Assembly: GCA_037441605.1 (NCBI GenBank)
Contig: JBBIRY010000001.1
Coordinates: 377-64,376, forward strand
DNA from: Actinomycetota bacterium
Lineage (GTDB): Bacteria > Actinomycetota > Aquicultoria > UBA3085 > Oleimmundimicrobiaceae
DNA: 64,000 bases
Reading direction: 5' to 3'
Shown: piece by piece, positions 23,735 through 32,019 of the stretch
Layout: every line of letters begins with the position of its first letter
Position numbering within the stretch: position 1 is the stretch's first letter
Translations under genes and position numbers: made by a program
Notes under the pieces: generated by a model
The model's input: the letters and a program-made list of their open reading frames with translations, nothing else
Told to the model about the DNA's origin: nothing
Database searches by the model: none

Positions 23735-24253
23735 ATGAAAAAAAGAAAATTTTTGTTAATTCCAATGATTGCAGTTCTATCTTTATTTTTGAATTACACT
23801 TCAAGCTTGGCACTTACAAAAACGTATAGCAGTAGCTTCAAGGTGGTTGGCACATATACTGATGGGTATATGGTCTGGCCATTTGCGGTAGGGGCTACAG
23901 TAGGAATTACAAATTATTATAATTCGGTGTTGCCAAACAGGGTAATATATTACCATTATATGGGGGGTGTCATACAAAATAAATATAGTTATCCTTTCCC
24001 GCAAGACGTTACAATAAGCAAGCTAAGTTATTATAATAATGGTTCGTGGTTGACTGATGTTTCGTTGAACCGCACTCCAGGTGCAATTGTTTCGCCGTCG
24101 GATGCGCCATGGGGTAGGGAAAATAACACCACAACGGTATATCTAAACAACGTGTCAGGACCAGATAGCGTGAAGGGTACACCAGTCTGGAATTCACCTG
24201 GGGCGACAACAATACCCACAGCCTACTCTAAGACATTTACGATGAGTTATTAA
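23735..24253 (+). CDS. Secreted Tyr/Asn/Ser/Thr-rich protein (signal peptide plus about 145-aa beta-rich mature domain), encoded in a low-GC islet
   Basis: The signal peptide is MKKRKFLLIPMIAVLSLFLNYTSSLA. The codon usage is AT-rich, in sharp contrast to the flanking genes. An AGGAGG RBS is present. I recognise no family. Confidence 0.6.
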   Translation: MKKRKFLLIPMIAVLSLFLNYTSSLALTKTYSSSFKVVGTYTDGYMVWPFAVGATVGITNYYNSVLPNRVIYYHYMGGVIQNKYSYPFPQDVTISKLSYYNNGSWLTDVSLNRTPGAIVSPSDAPWGRENNTTTVYLNNVSGPDSVKGTPVWNSPGATTIPTAYSKTFTMSY

Positions 24254-24275
24254 AAATCCTTTAAGAGGAGGAAAG

Positions 24276-24929
24276 ATGGAAGCAAAAACCAAATTGAGCA
24301 CGATCGCTGCATTTGTGTTAATTGTCGTTTTTACTGTATCTGTAGCCGGTTATTCGAAAAACGGTAATAATCTTTACGAAATAGGGAAAGAAGCCAGCCG
24401 TGTTTATAAGCAAGAGCATGGAAGCAATAGTGTCAGGAAAATAGTTCTTGAAGTAAATGGGGTGAAGATTTCTTCGGGCGAGGTATCTCTAAGAACGGTA
24501 GCTCTAGAACAATCGTTAGGCAGGAAGCCTTCACGTGAAGAGATTATTGAAGCTGTAACGAAGCAAGCCATGATGGTTAAAGAGGCAGAGAAAAGAAAAA
24601 TAAGCGTTTCAAAACCTGAGTTAGATGATTATATTGATGTGATGAGAAAATCGTTTGAGGGATTAGAAGGTTTTGAAAAAAGCCAATACATTGATTTGTT
24701 ACGTGGCTTAGGGTATACGGAAAATAACTTTTGGGATAGTGAGTATGCTAGGGAGGGCTCGCGAAGAGCACTTTTAGCTGTGAAGCTTCGCGAGGATATT
24801 TTGAAGGAGGCTCCTTCCGAAATAAAAGGAGATTATGAAAAAGAATGGAAGCATTTTGAAGAAATGATAGATGATTTAGCAGAGGAAGCAGACGTGGAAA
24901 TTCTTGATGAGTCGGCCTTCGACGACTAG
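24276..24929 (+). CDS. Membrane-anchored protein with a SurA/PrsA-N-terminal-like chaperone domain (no PPIase domain) and an acidic C-terminus, in the low-GC islet
   Basis: The N-terminal TM segment is LSTIAAFVLIVVFTVSVAG. It is followed by VLEVNGVKISSGEVSLRTVALEQSLGRKPSREEIIEAVTKQAMMVKEAE, which resembles the SurA_N fold. The RBS is AAGAGGAGG. Confidence 0.5.
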   Translation: MEAKTKLSTIAAFVLIVVFTVSVAGYSKNGNNLYEIGKEASRVYKQEHGSNSVRKIVLEVNGVKISSGEVSLRTVALEQSLGRKPSREEIIEAVTKQAMMVKEAEKRKISVSKPELDDYIDVMRKSFEGLEGFEKSQYIDLLRGLGYTENNFWDSEYAREGSRRALLAVKLREDILKEAPSEIKGDYEKEWKHFEEMIDDLAEEADVEILDESAFDD

Positions 24930-24937
24930 GCACTAAA

Positions 24938-26728
24938 CTAGGTCTTACAATCAGAGCAGCTTTCTTTGTTCTTAATGGAAGCTGCTCTTTCATTTTTGAA
25001 CTCTGACTGGCCGGTATATAAGACTTGGCTCTCTTTAGAGCCGTAACGGTAGATGGTGGCCCCTTTGCAGCCGAGCTCGTAAGCCAGCAAAAAGACACTG
25101 GCCACATCATCGAAGCTGGCGCTCTCGGGCAGATTGACCGTCTTGGAGACGGCGTTATCGGTGTGCTTTTGAAAGGCGGCCTGGATTCTGACGTGCTGTT
25201 CAAACGGGATTTCGAGGGCGGTCAAGAATAGACGCTTTATATCCGGGTCGAGCCCCTCTATTTTTTGAGCCGAGCCGGTTTTAATGACCTCTTTCATGAC
25301 TTCCCCGCCAAGTCTCATGGCTTCGGCCTTTTCTTTGAAGAGAGGGCTTATTTCAACAAGGCCATCTCTTGTCAAGACATCCCTATAGAAGGAGAGGGCA
25401 AAGAGGGGCTCGATGCCGCTTGAGACCCCGGCGATCAAACTGATGCTCCCCGTCGGAGCTATGGTGGTCACGGTGGCGTTTCGCATCGCCTCAAAGCCGG
25501 CCTCAGCCCAGCGACTTTCCTTGAAATTTGGGAAGGAGCCGCGCCTTTTAGCGAGATCGATCGATTTTTCTCTCGCCTCCTTCGAGATGAAGGTCATGAC
25601 CTCTTCGGCCACTTCAAGGGCCTTTGCCGACGAGTAGGATACGCCAAGCAATATCAGCATGTCGGCAAAACCCATCACCCCCAGACCGATCTTGCGGTTG
25701 GCACGGGTGATCTTCTCTATCTCTGGTAAGGGAAAACGGCTCGCATCGATCACGTTGTCCAAGAAGTGGACGGCTCTCCCGATCGTCACCTTAAGTTTGC
25801 TCCGATCGATTTTGCCCCCCTTCACCATCCGGGCAAGGTTTATCGAGCCCAAGTTACAGCTTTCGAAGGGGAGAAGGGGCTGCTCGCCGCAGGGGTTTGT
25901 CGCTTCTATCTTACCGATCTTCAAAATCTGGTTATGTCTGTTTATCTCATCGATGAAGATCATTCCGGGATCACCGGACGTATGGGCTGCCCTTACCATC
26001 GCATCGAAGAGGCGCCGTGCCTTGACCCGCTTGACCACCTGCTTATTCCTGGGATTCACCAGGCTAAAGTCGTCATCTCTGCTTGCCGCCTCCATGAACT
26101 CATCGCTCACCGCGACCGATAGATTGAAATTAGCAAGACCCTCTCCCTCGGCCTTGGCCGTTATGAAGTCGAAGATATCGGGGTGATCAACCGAAAGAGC
26201 GGCCATGTTGGCTCCCCGTCGTTTTCCGCCCTGCTTGATTACATCGGTTGTCACGTCGAAGACGCGCATGAAGGAAAGAGGGCCGGAAGCAAGGCCGTGC
26301 GTCTTGCTGACCAGGTCGCCTTTGGGGCGAATCTTAGAGAAGGAGAAGCCGGTTCCCCCGCCGCTCTTGTGAATCAAAGCCATGTTCTTTACGGCCTCAA
26401 AGATATCTTCCATAGAATCCTCGACCGGCAAAACGAAGCAGGCTGAGAGCTGACCGAGCTCGGTTTTGGCATTCATCAGGGTGGGGGAGTTGGGCAAGAA
26501 ATCGAGGCTGGCCAGCATCTCATAGAACTCCTCGCCCAAGCCAAAGACGTCGGCTCCGTCATCGTAAAAGCCATCGACCTTGGCGACGGCCTCGGCAACC
26601 CTCGCAAAGAGTCCCTCCGGCGACTCGACTATCTTGCCATCTGAGCCCCTTAAGAGATATCTCTCATTGAGCACCTCTAGGGCATTCTCGGAAAGCTCGG
26701 GTTTTCGCCACTCTTTCATCCTCATCAC
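24938..26728 (-). CDS. nrdJ: Ribonucleoside-diphosphate/triphosphate reductase, class II (adenosylcobalamin-dependent)
   Basis: MKEWRKPELSENALEVLNERYLLRG..., the active-site region EATNPCGEQPLLPFESCNLGS and a C-terminal Cys pair (CSDC) identify it. The track ORF is 596 aa. Confidence 0.85.
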   Translation of the reverse strand: MMRMKEWRKPELSENALEVLNERYLLRGSDGKIVESPEGLFARVAEAVAKVDGFYDDGADVFGLGEEFYEMLASLDFLPNSPTLMNAKTELGQLSACFVLPVEDSMEDIFEAVKNMALIHKSGGGTGFSFSKIRPKGDLVSKTHGLASGPLSFMRVFDVTTDVIKQGGKRRGANMAALSVDHPDIFDFITAKAEGEGLANFNLSVAVSDEFMEAASRDDDFSLVNPRNKQVVKRVKARRLFDAMVRAAHTSGDPGMIFIDEINRHNQILKIGKIEATNPCGEQPLLPFESCNLGSINLARMVKGGKIDRSKLKVTIGRAVHFLDNVIDASRFPLPEIEKITRANRKIGLGVMGFADMLILLGVSYSSAKALEVAEEVMTFISKEAREKSIDLAKRRGSFPNFKESRWAEAGFEAMRNATVTTIAPTGSISLIAGVSSGIEPLFALSFYRDVLTRDGLVEISPLFKEKAEAMRLGGEVMKEVIKTGSAQKIEGLDPDIKRLFLTALEIPFEQHVRIQAAFQKHTDNAVSKTVNLPESASFDDVASVFLLAYELGCKGATIYRYGSKESQVLYTGQSEFKNERAASIKNKESCSDCKT

Positions 26729-26844
26729 CTTCAGCCCCCTTTTGCGGCCTTATGGGCCATCGAAGGGAGCTATGCGTGGGGTTTTAACTTAAATGGTATT
26801 TCATCGCGCAAAGGCATGCAATCCATATCGTGGCGAAGGAAGGG

Positions 26845-27561
26845 TCAATCATATGTCAGTTCGTATTTTTTCAGCAAGGGCTCATCAGAGAGGACGGCTT
26901 GACTCGTGCCATCGGCGACTATTTTGCCTCCACTCATGATCACGGCCCGCTCACAGAGCCTGGACGCTTCATCCAGGTTGTGGGTGATTATCAGCTTGGT
27001 GATGGGCAGGCTCTTAATTATCTCGAGCACCTTGCCTTTACCTCTGGGGTCGAGGTTGCTGGTCGGCTCATCGAGAACGAGCATATCCGGCTCCATTGAG
27101 AGGGCGGTTGCGATCGCCACCCGCTTCTTCTGGCCGAAGCTTAAATGATAGGGGGGCTTTTTCTCAAACCCCTCCATGCCGACGGCGGCCAGCGCCGAAG
27201 CGACCCGCCCCCCTACATCCTCTTGACTAAGGCCCATATTGATGGGGCCAAAGGCGACATCGTCGAAGACCGTCTGGGAGAAGAGTTGATCATCGGGGTC
27301 CTGAAAGACGAGGCCCACCCTCCTCCTTATCTCCTTCAAGTTGCTCTTGATAATCGGAAGGCCGAAGATCATTATCTGCCCCTCGCCCCTTAAGGAGCCA
27401 TTTAAATGTAGGGCTAAGGTTGATTTGCCGGCCCCGTTTGCACCGAGTAGAGCGATTGACTCGCCGTGCTCGATATCGAAATCGATGCCTGATAGGGCGG
27501 GCGTACCGTCGGGGTAGCTGAATTTGAGGCCTCTTATCTCGGCGGCCTTGTTGTGGTGCAT
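26845..27561 (-). CDS. cbiO: ECF transporter ATPase component (CbiO/EcfA-like) for Co2+/Ni2+ uptake
   Basis: Walker A is GANGAGKST. The ABC signature is LSFGQKKRVAIA. Walker B is LVLDEPTSNLD. Confidence 0.8.
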   Translation of the reverse strand: MHHNKAAEIRGLKFSYPDGTPALSGIDFDIEHGESIALLGANGAGKSTLALHLNGSLRGEGQIMIFGLPIIKSNLKEIRRRVGLVFQDPDDQLFSQTVFDDVAFGPINMGLSQEDVGGRVASALAAVGMEGFEKKPPYHLSFGQKKRVAIATALSMEPDMLVLDEPTSNLDPRGKGKVLEIIKSLPITKLIITHNLDEASRLCERAVIMSGGKIVADGTSQAVLSDEPLLKKYELTYD

Positions 27562-27581
27562 ATTTCCTCCGGTATACTCTA

Positions 27582-28349
27582 TTATTTGATAAATAGTCTA
27601 ATTGAGATGGCAGCGGTTATTATCAGAGCCATCAGCACAAGATCGCCAGGGGCCACCCTTTTGATCTCTTTGAAACTTCTGATCGTGCCATCATAACCCC
27701 GAGACAGCATGGAAGTATAGACCCGCTCGCCCCGTTCGTAGCTCCTTAAAAATATGCTCCCAATCATCATTGCGATCGTCTTGGATTGCCAAATCCATTT
27801 AGGGTTATAGCCTCGAGAGTCTCTGGCCCGCCGCATCCTTGTAGCCTCCTCGGCAAAGAGATGGAGATAGCGCTGCATGAAGGAGGCTATGGCTAAAAAG
27901 AGCTTGGGCGTTTTAAGCTCGCCAAAACCTCGCATCAACTCATCGAAGGGGGTAGAAACCGAGAGCATCGAAACGGAGATGATGGCGACGGTTGCCCGAG
28001 CCGAAGCCGAAATGAGCTTAACCATGCCCTCTCGATAGACGGCAAAGCCCAAGAAATTTGCGATGGTCGAGTCGCCCTTTTGGCCGAAGAAGGGCAAGGA
28101 TACCGTCAGGAGCAGGACGAAGGGGAGGGCAAGAGAGACCCTTTTTATCAGCTTAAAGAGGTCAACTTGACCCAAAAGGGATATCACCAAGAGGAGGGCC
28201 AGATAGCCCACGAAGGCTCCGTAGGCCCCCCTCGGCGTGGTCGTTGAGATGACCGCAAGGGCGAAGAAAGATACGATCTTTACCTTAGGATCGATCTTGG
28301 TCAAACGGTCAGGCCGTTGATCTGCCAAAAATGAGGCTGAAGCGGTCAT
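27582..28349 (-). CDS. cbiQ: ECF transporter transmembrane T component (CbiQ family)
   Basis: A 255-aa polytopic membrane protein, with the ERVYTSMLSRGY motif typical of the EcfT C-terminus. Confidence 0.75.
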   Translation of the reverse strand: MTASASFLADQRPDRLTKIDPKVKIVSFFALAVISTTTPRGAYGAFVGYLALLLVISLLGQVDLFKLIKRVSLALPFVLLLTVSLPFFGQKGDSTIANFLGFAVYREGMVKLISASARATVAIISVSMLSVSTPFDELMRGFGELKTPKLFLAIASFMQRYLHLFAEEATRMRRARDSRGYNPKWIWQSKTIAMMIGSIFLRSYERGERVYTSMLSRGYDGTIRSFKEIKRVAPGDLVLMALIITAAISIRLFIK

Positions 28350-28359
28350 CGTGTTAAAG

Positions 28360-28662
28360 CTAGCCCTCTCTCCCTTTAAGGATGATTGCTACAAAGTAAG
28401 CCGCCCCAAAGGTTATGACCACCCCGATCATGCCCGCGACTCCCGTTGCAACCGATTCGCTACCAATCCCCGGGAAGAGGTAATCGGGGATTGGTGAGCT
28501 TTGCCAAGCCACCCGCTCCTCTGCCAATTCGATGAAGCCCTTATCCTCGGCTACCCTCTCCAAGCCGTCGGGGTTGGGGGAGGCAAAGGGGGAGATGAAG
28601 ATTGCTAAGAGAAAGGAGACGACAAGCGCGACCAAGACGAAGGCTTTAATCTTATGCTTCAT
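28360..28662 (-). CDS. cbiN: PDGLE-domain small membrane protein (CbiN/NikN-like auxiliary component)
   Basis: A 100-aa protein with two TM segments and the eponymous motif SPNPDGLERV. It overlaps the cbiM stop by 11 nt. Confidence 0.65.
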   Translation of the reverse strand: MKHKIKAFVLVALVVSFLLAIFISPFASPNPDGLERVAEDKGFIELAEERVAWQSSPIPDYLFPGIGSESVATGVAGMIGVVITFGAAYFVAIILKGREG

Positions 28663-29350
28663 TTGCAGCGCCCCCCATCTTTCCCTCTTCCCTCAAGTCA
28701 AGCGGATAGGCCTTAACCAGATCGGGCCTTGCGCTCAAGACCATACCGACCACGATCGTGGTGATGATGGCTTCACCGATACCGATGATCACATGGACCG
28801 AAAGCATGGCCGGCAGAACCACCTTTACGGGCGAGTAGCCGGAAATAGCGATCTCAAGAGCGCAGAAAGCCGAGGCCATGACGACCGAGAGCCAGGAGAA
28901 GAAGGCGACGCTTCCAAGGAAGCGGGCCCGGCTCTTGACAAGGATCGGCCTTAAGGCCGCAAAGATGTAGTAAACAACGACTCCGCCGATGATCGCCATA
29001 TTGAAGACATTGGCTCCTAGCGCAAGCAGTCCGCCGTCCGCGTAGATGAGCATCTGAATGAAGAGGACGACGGTGATGGCGGCGGCAGAGAGCCAGGGTC
29101 CTAGCATGACGGCGGCCAGAAAGGCTCCTAAAAAATGGCCGGATGTTCCGGCTGCGATCGGGAAGTTGAGCATCTGAGCGGCGAAGATGAAAGCGGCCGT
29201 AACCCCGAGCAAGGGAACCTGTTTCTCTCCCAATTCTTCACCGGCCTTTTTGAGTCCATAACCGACGGCTCCGCTTGCTAGAGCGGCGGTGGCGGCCATG
29301 GTTTTGACATCAAGAAATCCATCTGGAATGTGCATGGGCAATCCCTCCAA
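28652..29350 (-). CDS. cbiM: ECF transporter substrate-specific component CbiM/NikM (Co2+/Ni2+)
   Basis: The N-terminus MHIPDGFLD has the conserved N-terminal Met-His metal ligands. A 232-aa polytopic protein. Confidence 0.8.
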   Translation of the reverse strand: MEGLPMHIPDGFLDVKTMAATAALASGAVGYGLKKAGEELGEKQVPLLGVTAAFIFAAQMLNFPIAAGTSGHFLGAFLAAVMLGPWLSAAAITVVLFIQMLIYADGGLLALGANVFNMAIIGGVVVYYIFAALRPILVKSRARFLGSVAFFSWLSVVMASAFCALEIAISGYSPVKVVLPAMLSVHVIIGIGEAIITTIVVGMVLSARPDLVKAYPLDLREEGKMGGAANEA

Positions 29351-29403
29351 AGTCTTATGTGAAATCCTTCGGGATTCCCGTATGCTAGGGCATAAGAAGT
29401 GTG

Positions 29404-29658
29404 TTAGATCTTGGTTATAGTGACCTCATGATGATGGTCGTGCGAGCTACTCGCTTCGGCGAGAGCCCGGTTAAGAAGGGATTCAATCTTCGAGGAATCT
29501 TCCATGGCCTCCGATAGAAGGAGGGCTAGATCCTCGTGGTTGAATGAGTCTGCAATCATCTTCCATTGGGCGGCGCCCTTTTCGAAGAGGCCGTTTAGCT
29601 CTTTTAGCTGACCCAAGCCAAGCTTAAGTTGAGTGAGACTCGCTCCGTTTTCGCACAT
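29404..29658 (-). CDS. Small helical protein with a C-terminal His-rich tail (SSSHDHHHE); a putative metal-binding chaperone or regulator (CooJ-like?)
   Basis: An 84-aa ORF on the same strand between the CooT-like gene and cbiM. The His cluster can be read directly. The family is not recognised. Confidence 0.45.
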   Translation of the reverse strand: MCENGASLTQLKLGLGQLKELNGLFEKGAAQWKMIADSFNHEDLALLLSEAMEDSSKIESLLNRALAEASSSHDHHHEVTITKI

Positions 29659-29737
29659 GATAACACCCCGTAAGCTTTGAGCCGAAGATGAAGGCTCATC
29701 TGGCGATAATAGCAGATGGCCCGGCTTACATCAAGAG

Positions 29738-29926
29738 CTAGTCTTGGCTCAAGATGACCTTATGATCTAAGAGTTTAAGCTCTTTGACGCTGGCCTTCAC
29801 AAACTTCTGTTCCCCAAAGAGATCGACAAGAAGCAGCTTTTCGCCCTCGGGTCTTATGATGACGACATTCTCCATGCACTCTTTTAGCTCGCCGTCCTTC
29901 TCCAGAAAGACCTTGGCTTCACACAT
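29738..29926 (-). CDS. cooT: CooT-family small nickel-binding protein
   Basis: The 62-aa protein MCEAKVFLEKDGELKECMENVVIIRPEGEKLLLVDLFGEQKFVKASVKELKLLDHKVILSQD has the N-terminal MC-AKV signature and the overall pattern of CooT (CODH nickel-insertion accessory protein). Confidence 0.65.
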   Translation of the reverse strand: MCEAKVFLEKDGELKECMENVVIIRPEGEKLLLVDLFGEQKFVKASVKELKLLDHKVILSQD

Positions 29927-29942
29927 TTCTCCTCCTAAAAAG

Positions 29943-30353
29943 CTAACCGATTTTAGACTTCAGGATGATGATGACCTCATCCATTAGATGGGGCAAGGGT
30001 TTATCCTCGGCTCCGATTATGGTCGCATCTAGGTTGCTTAGGGCAAGAAGGTATTTCCGTCCCTTAGCACAAGATATCGCCTCGGCCATCTTGGGGGTCA
30101 GCTCGCCCAAAAAAGAGTTTGGGACCAGCATGGCGATCGGGCCTATGATGAAGTCGGCCCGCTTTATCGAGTGGACGACGGCATTCTCGCCGCTTGCGCT
30201 CAAATTGGCTCCGGCCTTCATCATGTTGTTTGCGGCGACCGCGTTGGTGGCCAGGGCCAAAATCTCGATCTCATCGCCGAATGCGGCTCTAAGTTTGGTT
30301 ATGATCTGGCGGCCGATGCTCCCGCCCATACCGTCAATGACGGCGATAAGCAT
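29943..30353 (-). CDS. DUF3842-like protein
   Basis: MLIAVIDGMGGSIGRQIITKLRAAFGDEIEILALATNAVAANNMMKAGA... matches my recollection of the Firmicutes DUF3842 N-terminus. Length is 136 aa. Confidence 0.5.
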   Translation of the reverse strand: MLIAVIDGMGGSIGRQIITKLRAAFGDEIEILALATNAVAANNMMKAGANLSASGENAVVHSIKRADFIIGPIAMLVPNSFLGELTPKMAEAISCAKGRKYLLALSNLDATIIGAEDKPLPHLMDEVIIILKSKIG

Positions 30354-30357
30354 CTTA

Positions 30358-30690
30358 TTACCTCAACCAATCCGAAAGCGCTTCGACCAGGCTCTTTTTT
30401 GGCATCGCTCCGACCAGCCTCTTCTCGACCGCTCCATCCTTAAAGAGGATGAGGGTCGGAATGCTCATGATCTCGTAAGATGCGGCCGTCTCCTGGTTTT
30501 CATCGACGTTCAATTTGCACACCTTGAGCCTGCTGGAGTATTCGCTGGCTAGCTCCTCCAAGATCGGAGCTATGGTTCGACAGGGTCCGCACCAAGCCGC
30601 CCAGAAATCGACCAGGACCGGCCCGCTCGCCTTGATCACTTCCGCCTCAAAATTCTCCTTATTCAGGTACACGACGCTTCCTTGTGCCAT
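30358..30690 (-). CDS. trxA: Thioredoxin
   Basis: The WCGPC active site lies within VLVDFWAAWCGPCRTIAPILEELASEY. Length is 110 aa. Confidence 0.9.
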   Translation of the reverse strand: MAQGSVVYLNKENFEAEVIKASGPVLVDFWAAWCGPCRTIAPILEELASEYSSRLKVCKLNVDENQETAASYEIMSIPTLILFKDGAVEKRLVGAMPKKSLVEALSDWLR

Positions 30691-30710
30691 CTTCTATCCT
30701 CCCGTTAGAA

Positions 30711-31796
30711 TTATTCTTCGGCCAGCTCGCTCAAGTATCTCTGTGCGGAAATGGCCGCTAAAGCCCCTTCGCCGGCGGCAATGACCACTTGTTTCGCCCC
30801 GTTTCTTCTCACGTCACCGGCGGCAAAGATCCCCCGCCTTGAAGTTCCAAGGTCTTCTTGGGTTATGATATATCCCCTTTCATCCAATTTTATGATATTG
30901 GTCAAGAAGGACGAGTTGGGATGGGTGCCGACGTACATGAAGACCCCTTCGGCGGGGATGATCTTTTCCCCCTCGTCCTTATTGCTCTTTATCCTGACCC
31001 GCTCGACTTTGCCGTCTCCTTCAATCGATGCCAGTTCATAGCCGAGCAGAAATTCGATCCGCTCGTCCTTTGCAGCCCTTTCGACCAGGATCTTGTCGGC
31101 CCGAAACTCATCTCGGCGATGGATTATCGAAACCTTCTTGGCGAATCTGGTTAGAAAGAGAGCTTCCTCGACGGCGGCGTTTCCGCCCCCGACCACAATG
31201 ACATCCTTGTCTCTAAAGAAGGCTCCATCGCAGGTGGCGCAGTAAGATACGCCCCGCCCCGTAAATTCGCTTTCGCCCGGCACTCCAAGTCTGGCCGGGG
31301 TGGCTCCGGTCGCAACGATGAGGGTTAAGGCGGAAAACGTTTCATCACCCGTTTTGACCAAGAAAGAACCATCTCTTTCGGAGACCGACTCGACCTGCGC
31401 AAAGGTCTTGATGTTAAGCCCGAACTCCTTGGCTTGAGCCTCCATATGGGAGGTCAGTTCGCCTCCACCTAGAGGCTCAGTGAAGCCCGGGTAGTTTTCG
31501 ATCTTTTCGGTGGCCGCGATTTGGCCGCCACATAGCCCCTTTTCGATCAAGAGGACGCTCAAACGAGCTCTGGCCGCATAGATTCCGGCCGTAAGGCCCG
31601 CCGGTCCGCCTCCGATTATTATCAGATCAAACGCCTTATCTGCGATAGCGCACTCCTCCAAGTCAAAACCTAGCCCCGTTAAAACGGCTTTAATAAAAAA
31701 GCGGTCGCTAGCCGGCTCACGGCCGGAAACCAAACTATCAGGCCGACCTCTTGATGATCCGGCAGCCATCGGAATTAAAGAGGTTTTCGAGTCCAT
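30711..31796 (-). CDS. trxB: Thioredoxin-disulfide reductase. The N-terminal boundary is uncertain.
   Basis: The FAD motif is DLIIIGGGPAGLTAGIYAARA and the redox-active site CATCDG is present. The C-terminus is typical of TrxB. The longest ORF (361 aa) carries a roughly 50-aa N-terminal extension that overlaps the upstream zinc-ribbon gene. An in-frame TTG near 31640 could be the real start. Confidence 0.8.
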   Translation of the reverse strand: MDSKTSLIPMAAGSSRGRPDSLVSGREPASDRFFIKAVLTGLGFDLEECAIADKAFDLIIIGGGPAGLTAGIYAARARLSVLLIEKGLCGGQIAATEKIENYPGFTEPLGGGELTSHMEAQAKEFGLNIKTFAQVESVSERDGSFLVKTGDETFSALTLIVATGATPARLGVPGESEFTGRGVSYCATCDGAFFRDKDVIVVGGGNAAVEEALFLTRFAKKVSIIHRRDEFRADKILVERAAKDERIEFLLGYELASIEGDGKVERVRIKSNKDEGEKIIPAEGVFMYVGTHPNSSFLTNIIKLDERGYIITQEDLGTSRRGIFAAGDVRRNGAKQVVIAAGEGALAAISAQRYLSELAEE

Positions 31797-31911
31797 CTAT
31801 GAGCTTGGCCAGGTTTGGACTCTTGCACCTTGGGCATTTAAGCTCATCCTTATCTTTCTCGTCCTTAACCTCGAAGGTAAGTCCGCATAATCTACATTTA
31901 TATGTATCCAT
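31738..31911 (-). CDS. FmdB-family zinc-ribbon protein (57 aa)
   Basis: MDTYKCRLCGLTFEVKDEKDKDELKCPRCKSPN has the MxxYxYxCxxCG..CPxC pattern of the FmdB zinc ribbon. A GGAGGA RBS sits 6 nt upstream. It is not in the ORF track because it is under 60 aa. Confidence 0.6.
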   Translation of the reverse strand: MDTYKCRLCGLTFEVKDEKDKDELKCPRCKSPNLAKLIDGLENLFNSDGCRIIKRSA

Positions 31912-32019
31912 TACCATCCTCCGTCCTTAAGATATTGATAAAATCATCGATCAATTCCCTATTTCTGATGACATTTTATACTTTTAAAGTTAAAATTACT
32001 AATAGAGGGGGTCTGAAAC

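Noticed and set aside
26729-26844. Looked for a cobalamin riboswitch or an NrdR box upstream of the B12-dependent nrdJ, and upstream of cbiM
   Set aside because: The intergenic gaps are only about 116 nt and 53 nt, too short for a roughly 200-nt B12 element. I could not recognise a B12-box or a palindromic NrdR box. nrdJ is probably co-transcribed with the cbi genes.
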